A stretch of 64,000 nt of DNA from Octopus sinensis (Eukaryota): the NCBI RefSeq assembly GCF_006345805.1, contig NC_043006.1, forward strand, positions 65,100,001 through 65,164,000, given 5' to 3'. The position numbers and the translations under genes are program-made. A model generated the notes under the pieces. The model saw nothing but the letters and a program-made list of their open reading frames with translations. It did no database searches and was not told the origin of the DNA. This document shows, one piece after another, positions 51,825 through 64,000 of this stretch (position 1 is the stretch's first letter; the number at the start of each line of letters is the position of its first letter).

Positions 51825-53559
51825 CACAGACATCTATATATATATACACACACACATATATACATATAGACATATATATATAGATATATACACACACACA
51901 CATAAATATATATCATCATTTACATCTGCTTTCCATGCAGGCATAGACTGAACAGTTCAACATGTCCCAACAGGGGAGGGGGACCACACTGTTGTCTAAT
52001 GTCTCAGCTTTGGAATGTTTCTTTGACTAGATGCCCTTCCAAATTCCAACCACTTTACAAAGTGTGCTGGTGTTTTTTTCAAGGCACCAGCACTAGAAAC
52101 AACACTTCACAACTGAAAGGAGAATGAGAGAAAGGGTCATAATTTTTGAGTCAGATGAGAAGAACAGATCTGAGAGGCTGATAGTCAGCTGTGAAGCTGC
52201 ATGGCTTAATAGTTTGGGTATTTTGGCTCATGATCAGAAGGTTGTGAGTTCAATTCCTGGTGATACATTGTGTCCTTGAGCAAGACGATTTATTTCATGT
52301 TGCTCCAGTCCACTCAGCTGGTAAAAGTGAGTTGTACCTGCATTTCAAAGGACCAGCTTTGTCACATTCTGTGTCATGCTGAATCTCTCTGTTAAGGATA
52401 TGTGTGTCTGTAGAGTGCTTGGCCACTAGCATATTAATTTCACGAGTAAACTGTTTCACTGATCGAATCAACTGGAACACTCATTCCATAATCAATGGAG
52501 TGCCAGTATAAGGATGAATATGGACAGGTGTGGGAGGAAAAGAGAGAGGGAGAGAGACGATGGTAGCAGAAAAGAAAGAGGTGGAGGTTGTGGTGGTGGG
52601 CCAAAGAGGGAGAGATGAAAGACACTGAGTTGACAGAAACAGTTGTAGGGAGAGCAGAGAGAGAAAGATAAGGAACAATAAGTAAATATAGAAAGATCAA
52701 TGAAGGAAAGGGAAGTAGTTGCAAGGAGAAGGCAACTGTAGGGAGAGCATCCCAATCATCAACATCCACTTTATTAGCAATCTCCCAGCTATGCTTGCCC
52801 AACAGAGTGTTTTCTCTCCAGTACAGCATGTCACCAACTGTGGCAGCCATTTGTCATTATCTTTGGCGTTCAGCATCCTGAGATCAGTTTTCACCATTAC
52901 CCATTCTCTGTCCTGTACGTGTGCATGACTGTGCCTTTATCATTCTCATTACACTTCTTACTAATGATGTCTTGCTTCTCTCTCATACACTGTCCCGGTT
53001 TTTAATATTTCATGTCTCTGATCCTCACATTGTTAGATATGTGCAAATCTCATATACTGTGTATGAAGTATGTCACACACAAAAAAAATAAATATACATA
53101 CATGCACAAACATATAGATAGATGAATGGATAGATGGATATAACGACAGACAGACAGATTGATATAAATAGATACCCATAAAAAGCACCTGCGCTGGTGC
53201 CATGTAGAAAGCACACTGTGAAAGTGGTTGGCATTAGGAAGGGCAACCAGCTGTAGAAACCATACAAAAATAGATATGAAGCTTGGTGTAGCTCTCCAGC
53301 TTGTCAGCTCCTGTCAAACTGTCCAACCTACGCCAGCATGAAAAACGGACATTAAATAATGATGATGATGATGATGATGTAGAACTGATAGCAGTGTTGT
53401 ATGAAAAACATGAAAGTAAGGAAAGCTGCCAGTCTACCAAGGATGGTGACTGAAACGCTCAAAGTATGATATGTACTAGTCATGCAAATAGTCAATCCAG
53501 TAATACATTAAGATGTTGCAACACAAAGACTGGCATAGCAATATTATTGTAAACTACTA

Positions 53560-54750
53560 ACAAGAACAAAGGAGATGCAAAAGAGAAAGTTATAGAAGCA
53601 CCAAACTGTTAGACCAGACTATGAAGGTCACAGGAAGATCAGAAACAGAATTAGACTAGATAAAATACAGGTCAGCTTTATGTTTAGAAGTACCGTGGAT
53701 AAACAACTTTCCAGTGAGGCAACTGCAGAAGTACTTAGCTATGCATAAACCATTATACCTAAGACTCAATGACTTGGGGAAAACCATTGACAGAATGTGA
53801 TTTAACGGTCACTAAGGAAACTAGATGCAGGTGAATGGCTTGCAGGGTTAGTCTAAAAAATGTACAAAGGTGCAGTCCGTTAAGTGAGAGTCAGCAATGA
53901 CTGTAGTAACAAATTTAGCATATAGATAGGGGTCCATCAAGGCTCAGGCCTCAGTATTCTCCTATTCATCATGGTCCTACAGGCCATTACAGAGGAATTT
54001 AAAACTAGCTGTCCTTGGGAACTCCTAGACGCTGATGATCTAGATAGTTCTAATAGATGACTCTGTAAGAGAATTAGAAAAAATTCCAGGCATGGAAGCT
54101 AAACTTCAAACTGAGGGGCCTCATGGTAAACTTAGCGAAGACTAAGGTTTCAGTAAATAGGAAAGACAGTATTTTCTTATCTTTAGGAAAACAGCCTTAC
54201 TGAACATGTAGGATATAAAAGATAAGGACAGGCTAGAAAACATTCAGAGACATTCTATCACTGCTGGCAACAAGTTTAGTCCTCAACCCTCTCCTATTCA
54301 TTATAATCCTACAATCTATTACAAAGAAGTTTAAAACTGGCTGTCCACATAAATTCTTATATGCAGCTGATCTATTACTCACAGCTGAATCTATAGGGAA
54401 ATTAGAAGGAAAACATCTAGGAATGGAAGCAAAATGTAGAATCAAAAGAACTCAACATAAACATAGCAAAAATTAAGGTGCCAGAGGACCTGGAAATGGC
54501 CTTGTTTAATATGCACAAAAGGAGAAACTCAGTGTGCTACACCAAGTGTAGGGTATGAATGCACAAATCACTGGCAAGCTAATAAAGAATGCACGCTTTG
54601 TACATGGCAGATGCACTGGAAGGAACATATTGGAAATAAGTTCTCTTAAATGCTCAGGTAGCTCACTAAGAATAATTGATAGCTACTGTTACCTAGGTAA
54701 CCTTGTTAGCAGTGGAAGTGGTTTTTTTCAAAAAGTATAACACCAAGTCT
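53560..54750 (+). mobile_element. RTE LINE RT fragment
   Basis: GVHQGSGLSILLFIMVLQAITEEFKTSCPWELLDADDL and YLGNLVSSG motifs. Confidence 0.85.
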
Positions 54751-55149
54751 GGAAAAAGTAGTAAATCAAAATTTGAAGGATTTTCAATGAATGAAGACAA
54801 TGGAAAAAAACAAACAAAATATACAGCGAACACAAAAACCACATGTTGTATGAGTATGGATTGGACATTTCTATTTCCAAAAGTGAAACCAGCAAGTCTG
54901 ATGATAACTCAGACAGTAACAAAGAAAACCAATTTGTACCTGAATGGAGTTGAAGTTTGAAAACTGATTTTCTGAAGAGACTGGACCTAGTCACAGTCTT
55001 TTCTAGGAGACAAAACCATTAGAGTATTTTTTAATACTTTTTTACCTCTTAGTTTGGTTGAAACAATTACTACAGGAACTGATCATTATGCATAATATAA
55101 ACAAAGAAATAAAGAAGATGGTTTGTGATTTCTCACATGCTTAGATAAA

Positions 55150-56340
55150 TCCAAGAATTTTTTGAAATCTAATTATGGGTACAAAAAAAACACTCAGAAT
55201 AATGTACTGGGGCAGCAATAAACCTTTTGGAGACCAATAGGCTTCCCAGTATTATGATACATAACAAGATTTTTAAGACTATCACAGTACCTACATATAA
55301 GAGACATTATGAGCACACCAGTACAAGGAGAACCAAACTGTGATCTCTTATTTAAAATAAAACCCCTCATTGGCTGCATTCTAAATGAACATAAAACATT
55401 GTACAAACCAGAGAGATACCTATCTATCGATGAGGCTATGGTGGGATATAAGGTCAAGTACATTTCTGACAGTACATGCCTGGAAAACCTACAAAATAGG
55501 GGATCAAAGTTTGGATGATTTGTAAAGCCAATACTGGGTACTGCTGTGAGTTTACTTTTTTTCTACAGGAAATAGGGACAATAATATATGCTAGCATGGT
55601 TTGGGGAAAATGTGGTCTGAAATTTATCGCTCCTATACCATCTCATATATTATTTTTAGACAGTTTTTTTTTTTTTTCCAGTTTGGTTAAATTTGTAGTG
55701 GGTTTAGAAGTTGTGGCAACATATACATGTGCTACAGTAGTTGCAAGTAGAAAAGGAATGCTGTTGGATATCAAAAATCTTAAAAAGAGGTGAAATACTC
55801 CAATGGTAGAAAGGAAATTTGTTAGTGACCACATACAGAGATTTTCTACCTACCTGTGGATGAAAATGTCACCACATTTGTGAACCTTAATTAATATAGG
55901 TACATGGGTGGTGCAGATCAGCTGAATCATATGATTATTGACCAGATAATGAATGTTGGCTAAACCTGGTTTAGTATATAATAAACATGAGCATTGTTAA
56001 TGCAATTACATTATTCATACTATATACCAAATCGGGGGGGGGGGGTCAAAAGCAATGCAACTGTCTACAGTTTTGAACAGATGTAGCAACACAGTTGAGG
56101 ATTGGCTTTTCATCCAAAGAAATAACTGCTGGGGGAAAGTTTAAGCCTACCAGAGGAATATCCCACTAAATTCAGCAGATTTCCATAAGTTAGGGAAAAT
56201 TAAGGGTCACAAAAGGCAATGCCATGAATGTCTTCATAAAAAAAATAACGGACCCAGTGGATGGGTAGTTGAAACAAATTTCCAATGTGCATTCTGCAAG
56301 ACTACATTATGTAGTGTGGGGTACTTTACAAGTTTCCATG
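55150..56340 (+). mobile_element. piggyBac (PGBD-like) transposase remnant, frameshifted
   Basis: LFKIKPLI...LYKPERYLSIDEAMVG, KWGIKVWMICKANTGYCCEF, HILFLDSFF...TYTCATVVASRKG, YMGGADQLN, and C-terminal FQCAFCKTTLCSVGYFTSFH. Confidence 0.9.
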
Positions 56341-56511
56341 ATAGAAATATTGAGCCATGCAGTGGGACTGAACCCAGAACCATGTAGTTGGGAAGCAAAC
56401 TTCTTACCACACAGTCACATGAGCACCTAGTATTCAATATAGCAGCTTCATGAAAGGCACTGGAAAAAAACTATTCTAGTTAATGCTTGGGGGAGAAAAA
56501 ACTGTTTAATG

Positions 56512-56728
56512 CAGGGCTGTGGAGTCAGAGTCAGTAAAATTATACTGACCTTTATTCTTTAATATAAACCAGTTATAACATAGGCCTACTCAAAGTACAA
56601 GCGTATGCATATGCTTTATGAGATATGTAGACCACAATCACTTAATTACATAAAGGGGAGTCGGAGTAGGAGGTGCAAATAGTAGGGAAGTCGGTGTCTA
56701 AGCTTTTTGTTTTGACTCCACAGCCCTG
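56512..56728. mobile_element. hAT-type MITE
   Basis: Perfect 15-bp TIR CAGGGCTGTGGAGTC / GACTCCACAGCCCTG and perfect 8-bp TSD GTTTAATG (56504-56511, 56729-56736). Confidence 0.95.
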
Positions 56729-57426
56729 GTTTAATGCTGGGATAAAAAAGGATTCTGAAAGAGTTGGAGTTTTATCCTAAGAATTCAGAGTTGTAGGCAA
56801 AACAGAGAAAGGTGACCCTGGATACCCAATTTAATCAGAAGATATAAGAATTTCTAGTGATGATGGTGAAGGCAATGACCTTTGCCCAAGAAACCCAAAC
56901 TCTCAGTTATATGAGAATTCCTTGCTAACATTCTTTCATATCGTGACTTGGCAACAGAAACTGATATTCAGCAACATTATATCCTTTACATTCTGTAATT
57001 GATACACATATATACATACATAAATATACACATACATATCTATTTACATATATATATACATCCATATATACAAACAAATATAAATACATCCACATATACA
57101 TACATCCATACATAACTGGCGTTCTGTTGGTTACGATAACAGGGGTTCCAGTTGGTCTGAACAATGGAACAGCCTGCTCGTAAAATTAATGTGCAAGTAG
57201 CTGAGCACTCCACAGACATGGGTATCCTTAACATAGTTTTCAAGGGGATTCAATGTGACAAGGCTGGCCCTTTGAATTACAGGTTCCAGGGCACATGATG
57301 CTACCATGAATTGAACTCAAGACTTTATGATCATGAGCCGAATACAGTAACCACTAAGCCACGTGCCTTCACATAGGCATATATATCATCATCGTTTAAC
57401 TTCTGCCTTCTATGCTGGGATATATA

Positions 57427-57475
<49 letters not shown>

Positions 57476-58527
57476 AAACAAAAGCATAAACACAATCAGT
57501 CACCATGTATCAAACAATTTATAATATATATATATCTATGTCATTGTTAAGGAAACAGACCAGATGGAAAATAACTGACGCCAAGAGACAGAGATCAGAT
57601 GGTGAAGACACAAAGAGAGACTCACACTTTCTCATCCCCTGCCAACCCTTCCATGCGATAAATGCCCTACCCTTGGCCTAAACAGCTTTCTCAGGCACTA
57701 GCACCCTTTGCACTCATCGTGATGAAGAGGTTTAACCACTTGCTACAGATTGACTACTCATACGCAAATTCATGCCAGGGACAATATTATATAACACACT
57801 GAAGAAAAAAATATATATATATATAATATATATATATATAACAGGAAGCTTTACGAAAATAAACAAAAGACGAAGGCAGGTGGAGTACAAACAAACAATT
57901 GTATTAGTATGGCGCTCAGGAATAGAAATAAAACATATATATGGCAGGAAACAGGAAGAGTCCAAAATATGAAAAGTTCATAATGGTCCAGATGCAGATA
58001 GGTACACTTCAGGATGAGGTAGAAAAGTAGTCCATATGGTTTATATAACTTAGAAAGGTAAGTTGATCAATGGTGTCACTGATGAAATACTTGCAAGTGA
58101 TGGAAAAGATGTAGGTAGTATTTACAGCTGTTTCTAGAAGAGTTGTATATTTAGCGCAGATCAGTACATACTGTCCGCAGTGCAAAAGGGTTACATGCTA
58201 CTTATTCCATCAGAAGAGGAATATCTATAGTAGCAGGGAAAATAGATTGTTTCAATAGAGAAGCAGACATATTAAAAGTCCAACTGGAAGAAGAAGATAT
58301 GTTATTGAAATGTACAAGATGGATGATGACAAAGAAATCTACAGGAGTGAGGTGTTTGAGATGAGGGTATGGGGAAAAAAAAGAAAAGTGTAAGGGTGAA
58401 GATCAGAGATGGTGATCTTAAGGTCAGGAGATGGTGAGGGAGAAGAGAAATTTATGGGGTGGGGAGGAGAGGCTGATAAGTGAGAATAACCTATCTATAG
58501 ATGCTTTTCTGGGTGGTTGGGCTAAAC

Positions 58528-58756
58528 CAGTGGTTCTCAACTGAGGTCCATGTAAGATTTTGTAGTTAAAATTTATCTGCAATAAATTGCTTATATTTCT
58601 ACAACATACAAAATATTTTAACAATTTTTAATAATGTCTAATTATAAAAATACAAGGGGATTTGTTTAAAAACTATGAATGGCAATAAGGGTCCACCCAA
58701 GTAAAATTAGAATCAAAGGGGTCCATAGATGAAAAAAAAATGGTTGAGAACCTTTG
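58528..58756. mobile_element. hAT-type MITE (same family as 12298-12511)
   Basis: CAGTGGTTCTCAAC / GTTGAGAACCTTTG; 8-bp TSD GGCTAAAC vs GTCTACAC (6/8). Confidence 0.82.
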
Positions 58757-59129
58757 GTCTACACAAATGGTCAGTGAATGATAGATAGGGGAAGAAGGGC
58801 TGGTCCTCGAAGAAAGAAGTAGAAGAATGCTGAGATAAGAGTTTTGATTTGTATAGGCATGTGTATATCTACCTAGCTTAAAGACTACTGGAACTTGTCA
58901 TGTTAGGAAGAAAGGCTGGAGGGGTTACAGGGACAATAAAACAAGGATAATCAACTGGAGTTCTGCAATGGGGGGGGGGGGTAGTGTTGTAGCAACTATA
59001 ATATAGTTAATGTAAACAATAAATACATCAATAAAAGTAGGTTGCAGTGTAATAACAGAGTATAATCTAATGGATGGAATTAGGAGGTTCAGAGCAAGTT
59101 AAGAAGATTACAGATCCTACTAATTAGGC

Positions 59130-59800
59130 AGGTGTTAAGTACATATATCTATGCACAATATATTGACTGATTTATAGTAAAGTGGTTCAAAAGGTAATGT
59201 GGATTATGCTTTAAGAATTTGATAGATGCTTTTACTGCATAGATAACAAGAGCTTGACTACCCTAATAAGGGCTTTCCATATAAATGATTGACCTGGAAA
59301 TACTGTAGACGATGCTTTTATTCTTAAGGTGGTGTATGTGGTTAGCTAGCGAAGTTGAATTTTTTGCATTTTGCAGAAGTAAACAAGCTAAGGTGAGCTA
59401 AAAACCAACATTTAAAGTTAACCAAGGCTCCAATATATATTTTAGTGGAGTTTTTTGTTTAAGGACCATGCGTTTATAGACTACATTATACCTACAGCAG
59501 TGGCCATTTCCAAGAGGAAATCACCAAGTATCCCACAGTTGCATTTCTTCCAAACATACATCCTTCTATGATCATCGTTAATTGTATTGTTGTTAAGATT
59601 TCTATTGTCAGTAAAACTATTTCTAGTGTAGTATGAGTAAGGTTTTTGCTAGATGTGTCATTTATAGTGCTACTGCTACTGGGGCAACCCATAATGCCAG
59701 TGCTAATATGTTTAGCGTTATAGTCTAGATGACTGATCCCTATTATGGTTGCTACAATCACTAAGGTTTATATTATTACTTGTTCTATCATTTCTATGTG
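59130..59800 (-). mobile_element. Penelope-like element GIY-YIG remnant
   Basis: Minus strand FPLGNGHCCRYNVVYK...TKIYIGALVNFKCWFLAHLSLF...CYLCSK matches the CPLxGxC...VVY...YIG...FK.R...H...F pattern. Confidence 0.7.
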
Positions 59801-60589
59801 TTGTGGAATTCATGAAAGTATTATAATAATCAGCCGTTTCTAATCCATTTCTCTCATTATACGCATATATGTGACCTGACATGTTTTCACAACAGACTGG
59901 AAATGAATGACACTGCTTGTATAATGGTGATACTCGTTTACAACAATCATACAAGACAAGACATAAACACACAGACATATGGTGGGTTTCTTTCAGTTTC
60001 CATCTACCAAATCTATTTACAAGGTACTGGTCAGCCCGGGGCTGTAGTAGAAAATACTTGCCCAAGTTGTCATGCCATCGAACTAAACCCGAAACTGTGG
60101 TTGAGAAGCAAATTTCCTAATCACGCAAACTTTATTGATAAAAATGAATGAAGGAAGAGTGAAATAGGCATGGAATCAACTTAGAGATCATTTGATAAGA
60201 TGAGAAACAAGATATGCAACATTACATTCTACCTTACAGCTTGTCTAAGATTGCCTCTTGCATTTCTCGCATCTTGTTTATGTGTGTGCGAATGCAAGTG
60301 TATATATATATATAAATGTATATACATATAAACATACCTACATACATATACACATATATAAACATACCTACATATATATATATAAATATACAAACATGTA
60401 TATATATATATATATACACACACACATACATGTATATATACATATATGTTTAAGAAAAATGTCCATTTCCTTGGTTTTGTGTTTATGTTTTCATTTCTCA
60501 TTGTGTTCAACATTTTTTTTGGTGTCCTGTACCCATATATGAATGTATATATACATATATGTAGATATATACACATAGATGTATATATC

Positions 60590-62100
60590 ATCATCATCAT
60601 TTAACATCCGCTTTCCATGCTAGCATGGGTTAGATGATTTGACTCAGGACTGGTGAACCAGATGACTGTACCAGGCTCCAATATGATCTGGCGGAGTTTC
60701 TACAGCTGGATGCCCTTCCTAACACCAACTACTCCGAGTGTAGTGGGTGCTTTTATGTACCACTGGCATGAGGGCCAGTCAGTCGGTACTGGCAATGGCC
60801 ATGCTCAAATGGTGCTTTTTATGTGCCACCTGCACAGAAGCCTGTCCAGCAACACTGGCAACGACCTTTCTCGAATGTTTTTTCATGTGCCACCAGCACA
60901 AGTGCTAGTAAGGCGATGCAGGTAATGATCACGCTCGAATGGTGTTTTTAATGTGCCATCGGCACAGAGGCCAGCTTGTTGCTCTGGCAACGATCTCACT
61001 TGTATGGTACTCTTAGCGCTCCACTAGCACAGATGCAGTCATCGAATTTGATTTCGATTTCACTTGCTTCAACAGGTCTTCGCAAGCAGTGTAGTGTCCA
61101 ATGAAAGAAAGGCATGCATAAGTGGGCTAGTTACACCCCTGGCATAGGCCACAAGGTTATGGGCTTACTTGCGCTTGCAGAGTCTTCTCAAACACAGCAT
61201 ATTTCCAGAGGTCCCGGTCACTAGCCATTGCCTTGGTGAGGCCCAATGTTCGAAGGTCATGCTTCACCACCTCATCCCAGGTCTTCCTGGGTCTACCTCT
61301 TCTACAGGTTCCCTCAACTGCTAGAGTGTGGCACTAGCTATCCACATCCATTCTCGTCACATGACCATACCAGCGCAGTCTTCTCTCTTGCACACCACAT
61401 CTGATGCTTCTTAGGTCCAACCTTTCTCTCAAGGCACTAACACTGACATTACACATCCATCGGAGCATGCTGGCTTCATTCCTTGTGAGCTTACGCATGT
61501 CCTCAGCAGTCACAGCCCATGTTTCACTGCCATATAGCATGGCTGTTCGTACACATGCGTCATGCAGTCTACCTTTTACTCTGAGCAAGAGGCCCTTTGT
61601 CACCAGCAGAGGTAAGGCTATTCTTATTCTAGCAGCTACACTTTCAGTGCACCCTCCTCCGCTACTGACTTGGTCACCCAGGTAATGGAAGCTATCAACT
61701 ACTTCTAGTTTTTCTCCCTGGAATGTGGCGGAAGTTGTTCTATGCACATTTTCAGTGTTATTTATTGCTCCAGAGCATCTGCCACATTCAAAAACTATCT
61801 TCCCAGTTAGCCTTCCTTTGATATTGCTGCACCTCTTATGTGTCCATAGCTTACACTGGGTACATCTTATAGCCTTTCCTACAGATCAAGCAGGGCCATC
61901 TACCTGAAGGGATTTGTGGTTTGCCTGCCTTCCTACTTATTAGGACTTTGGTTTTAGCTAGGTTGACTCTAAGGCCCTTGGATTCTAAACCTTGTTTCCA
62001 CAATTGAAACTTCTCAAGTTCTGATAGTGACTCAGCAATTAGAGCAAGGTCATCAGCATAGAGGAGCTCCCAGGAGCATCCTGTCTTGAATTCCTCCATA
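60590..62100 (-). mobile_element. 5'-truncated RTE LINE with contiguous ORF end, 3' UTR, repeat array and (ATG)n tail
   Basis: ORF 61851..62159 MEEFKTGCSWELLYADDLALIAES..., ORF 61334..61747 ...MLYGSETWAVT...RRLRWYGHVTRMD, then ORF end, UTR, 4-5 diverged units (about 60770-61040) and tail to 60590. Confidence 0.95.
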
Positions 62101-62679
62101 TTGCCTGGAGGACTATGATATATATATATACACATACATACATTCATATATATATACACATATATATTTGATAAAATGAGTAGAGATAGTTTTTGTGGGG
62201 TATAATTTTTATTTCAATCTTAATAATGTTTACAATGAGTTACTTTGATATGAGTTTTGAGCTTCAAGTAGCTGTTTTCAAACTGAAAATTGTTTTACTG
62301 GTTGCTTAAATAGCAAAAGATTGTTTTCTTACAAGTATACATACAAAATAAAATATACACAAAAAAGGAAAAAATATATATATACAAAAAATATAAAAGC
62401 ATGTGTGAAGAACAACAACAAAAGGAAGGAAGAAAGAATGTAAAAGAAGAAAGAAGGTTAGAGAGAAGAGGAAAAAAGTAAATGAAATCAAGAAAAAGTA
62501 AGAATAAAGATGAATGGTAATTGAGAACAGTGGGAAGGAGAGTTAAGTCCATCAAGAATAAAGAAATGGAATATTTTGGAGTGGTCAATATTGTTGTGTT
62601 TTGTCAAATGATGACCTGTGTGGTACCTATTGATCTGTGGTCACCTATTCAGTTCTCACAGAATAGAATGAACTCAACT

Positions 62680-64000
62680 TGGAAAAGGAGGCATACAAAA
62701 AGAAAAGCCAGATGAGAAACATCTAGAATAACATATTAAATAAAAGAAAACAAGCATATTGGAGACCCTAAAAAGTGAAAACCTAGCCAACAACATATGA
62801 GCAGTGGAGGAGCAGAGAAGAAGTAATACTCCCAAGAAAATTTCATAGCAAAGAAATAACATTGGAACCAAATGAAGAAACAAAGATTTGCCTCAATTTA
62901 GCACTACAGAGATCTGAGGCTGAAATCACATCTTTGCCTTAGAGTAACAAACTTCCAAAAGAAATTTGAAAAATATAACACCTATATACATGAAAAAATT
63001 AACAAAAGAAGCAGTGGAAGTATCGAAAAAAAATCTTCTAGACATGTGGAAAACCAATACCATCAGAGAGGAGATGAAGTCTAAGAAAATCTTGGAATCA
63101 AAAATCCTCTGGCTACAGGAATATGAAAACACCTATGGGAAAAAAACAGACAAAACCTAAACACCAACCTACTACAACAACCTTCAGACCTCAAAACAAC
63201 ATCAAAAGAAAGGAAATTTTCCTGCACAATAGACAAAGAAACACAAATTTGTGATCATACGCAGATATAATAAGAAACAAGAGAACACACAACCCCAACC
63301 AAAGAACAGATAGAACTCTCCAGAAACCAAATCATAGACCCAAATGAAAAACATGGAACAACAATAGAATGAGTCGACTCCCAATCCAACAACCAACAAT
63401 ATACACACCCATGAATAACCAACCTAAAATATTAGCATACAAGAAAAGGAAACAATTCAACATATGTTGAAATTCCAAAACCCAGAGACCTGAAACTATG
63501 TCCAATCATTGCAGGACCAGCATCCAGTACACAACACTTAAGCAACTTAATAGATATAGTTCTAAAACCTTTATGCAAAATGATACCAAGCTTTGTCCAG
63601 GATGATATAGACTTCTTAAACTACCTAAAAGTGTCCACTAGGAGACAATTCTTGTTTGTTTCAATGTAACTAGTCTATACACCAATATCCCACACAATTT
63701 GGGAATTGAAGCTATAAATTTCTGGTTAACAAAACACCTGAATCATATCATGAAAAGATTCTCAAAAACCTTCATTTCAGAAGGATTAAAATTAATACTG
63801 GAAAATAATCAATTCTTCAACAACTATTTACAAATAAAAGGAATGGCAAAGGGGACAAAAGTAGCCTCCACCTATGCAACACTCATAATGGGCTTCTTAG
63901 TGGTCAAACTCTATTCCCAACTAACAGAAACATTTAACAAACAATTCTCCAGTTATTAAAAAAAAAAAAAAATTGAAAACAGTATTTGGATGACTGCTTT
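62680..64000 (+). mobile_element. Penelope-like element RT, runs off the window
   Basis: [81 protein letters not shown]...[21 protein letters not shown], and YLDDCF at 63983-64000. The 5' boundary is uncertain. Confidence 0.9.

Noticed and set aside
54972-54998. CTGAAGA followed by a GACTG/CAGTC stem as a hammerhead
   Set aside because: No GAAA after the stem, and the hairpin extends into the would-be core.
56805-56834. Collagen-like EKGDPGYP
   Set aside because: Only two triplets, bounded by in-frame stops.
57840-58340. Open plus-strand frame ...RRGISIVAGKIDCFNREADILKVQLEEEDMLLKC as a host exon
   Set aside because: It adjoins a repeat-like tail and a purine-rich TE-like tract and has no splice sites; probably retroelement-derived, family unresolved.
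56034-58981. Two G12 homopolymers (56034-56045 and 58970-58981) as G-quadruplex elements
   Set aside because: Isolated homopolymers inside TE debris, and their length is prone to sequencing error.
60770-61040. Repeat/spacer-like alternation of conserved and variable blocks
   Set aside because: The variable parts are visibly homologous to each other and to the 62-bp unit; it is a diverged minisatellite.
61050-61200. HDV-like or twister ribozyme in the RTE 3' UTR segment
   Set aside because: Small hairpins exist, but I could not assemble the required pseudoknots or conserved catalytic residues.
62027-62037. ARE consensus GTGACTCAGCA
   Set aside because: Antisense of the RTE codons for IAES; no independent evidence of function.

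Overview
AT-rich, microsatellite-saturated eukaryotic DNA that looks like a long intron or intergenic stretch. The SINE/LINE repertoire matches what I recognise from octopus (cephalopod) genomes; this is recognition from memory, not a database result. I could not support any host protein-coding exon. Nearly every ORF-track entry is a simple repeat, a SINE or a decayed transposon. Supported content: (i) dozens of copies of at least four tRNA-headed SINE families, plus RTE-LINE 3' tails ending in (ATG)n; (ii) decayed RTE LINEs (about 30.06-33.86 kb +, 60.59-62.10 kb -, and others); (iii) several Penelope-like element (PLE) RT and GIY-YIG remnants; (iv) R4/Dong-, L2/CR1- and Jockey-like scraps; (v) a frameshifted piggyBac transposase; (vi) TTAA-, hAT- and mariner-type MITEs, often nested. 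The best hunt result is at 39838-40782: an apparent tRNA-headed short element whose 3' half carries an intact minimal type I hammerhead ribozyme (40695-40740) of the PLE kind. It is flanked by a 10-bp direct repeat and split by a younger RTE tail containing a 62-bp tandem array. Three more degenerate hammerhead-like cores occur elsewhere. Most repeat boundaries are approximate (tens of bp) unless a TSD or TIR is given.
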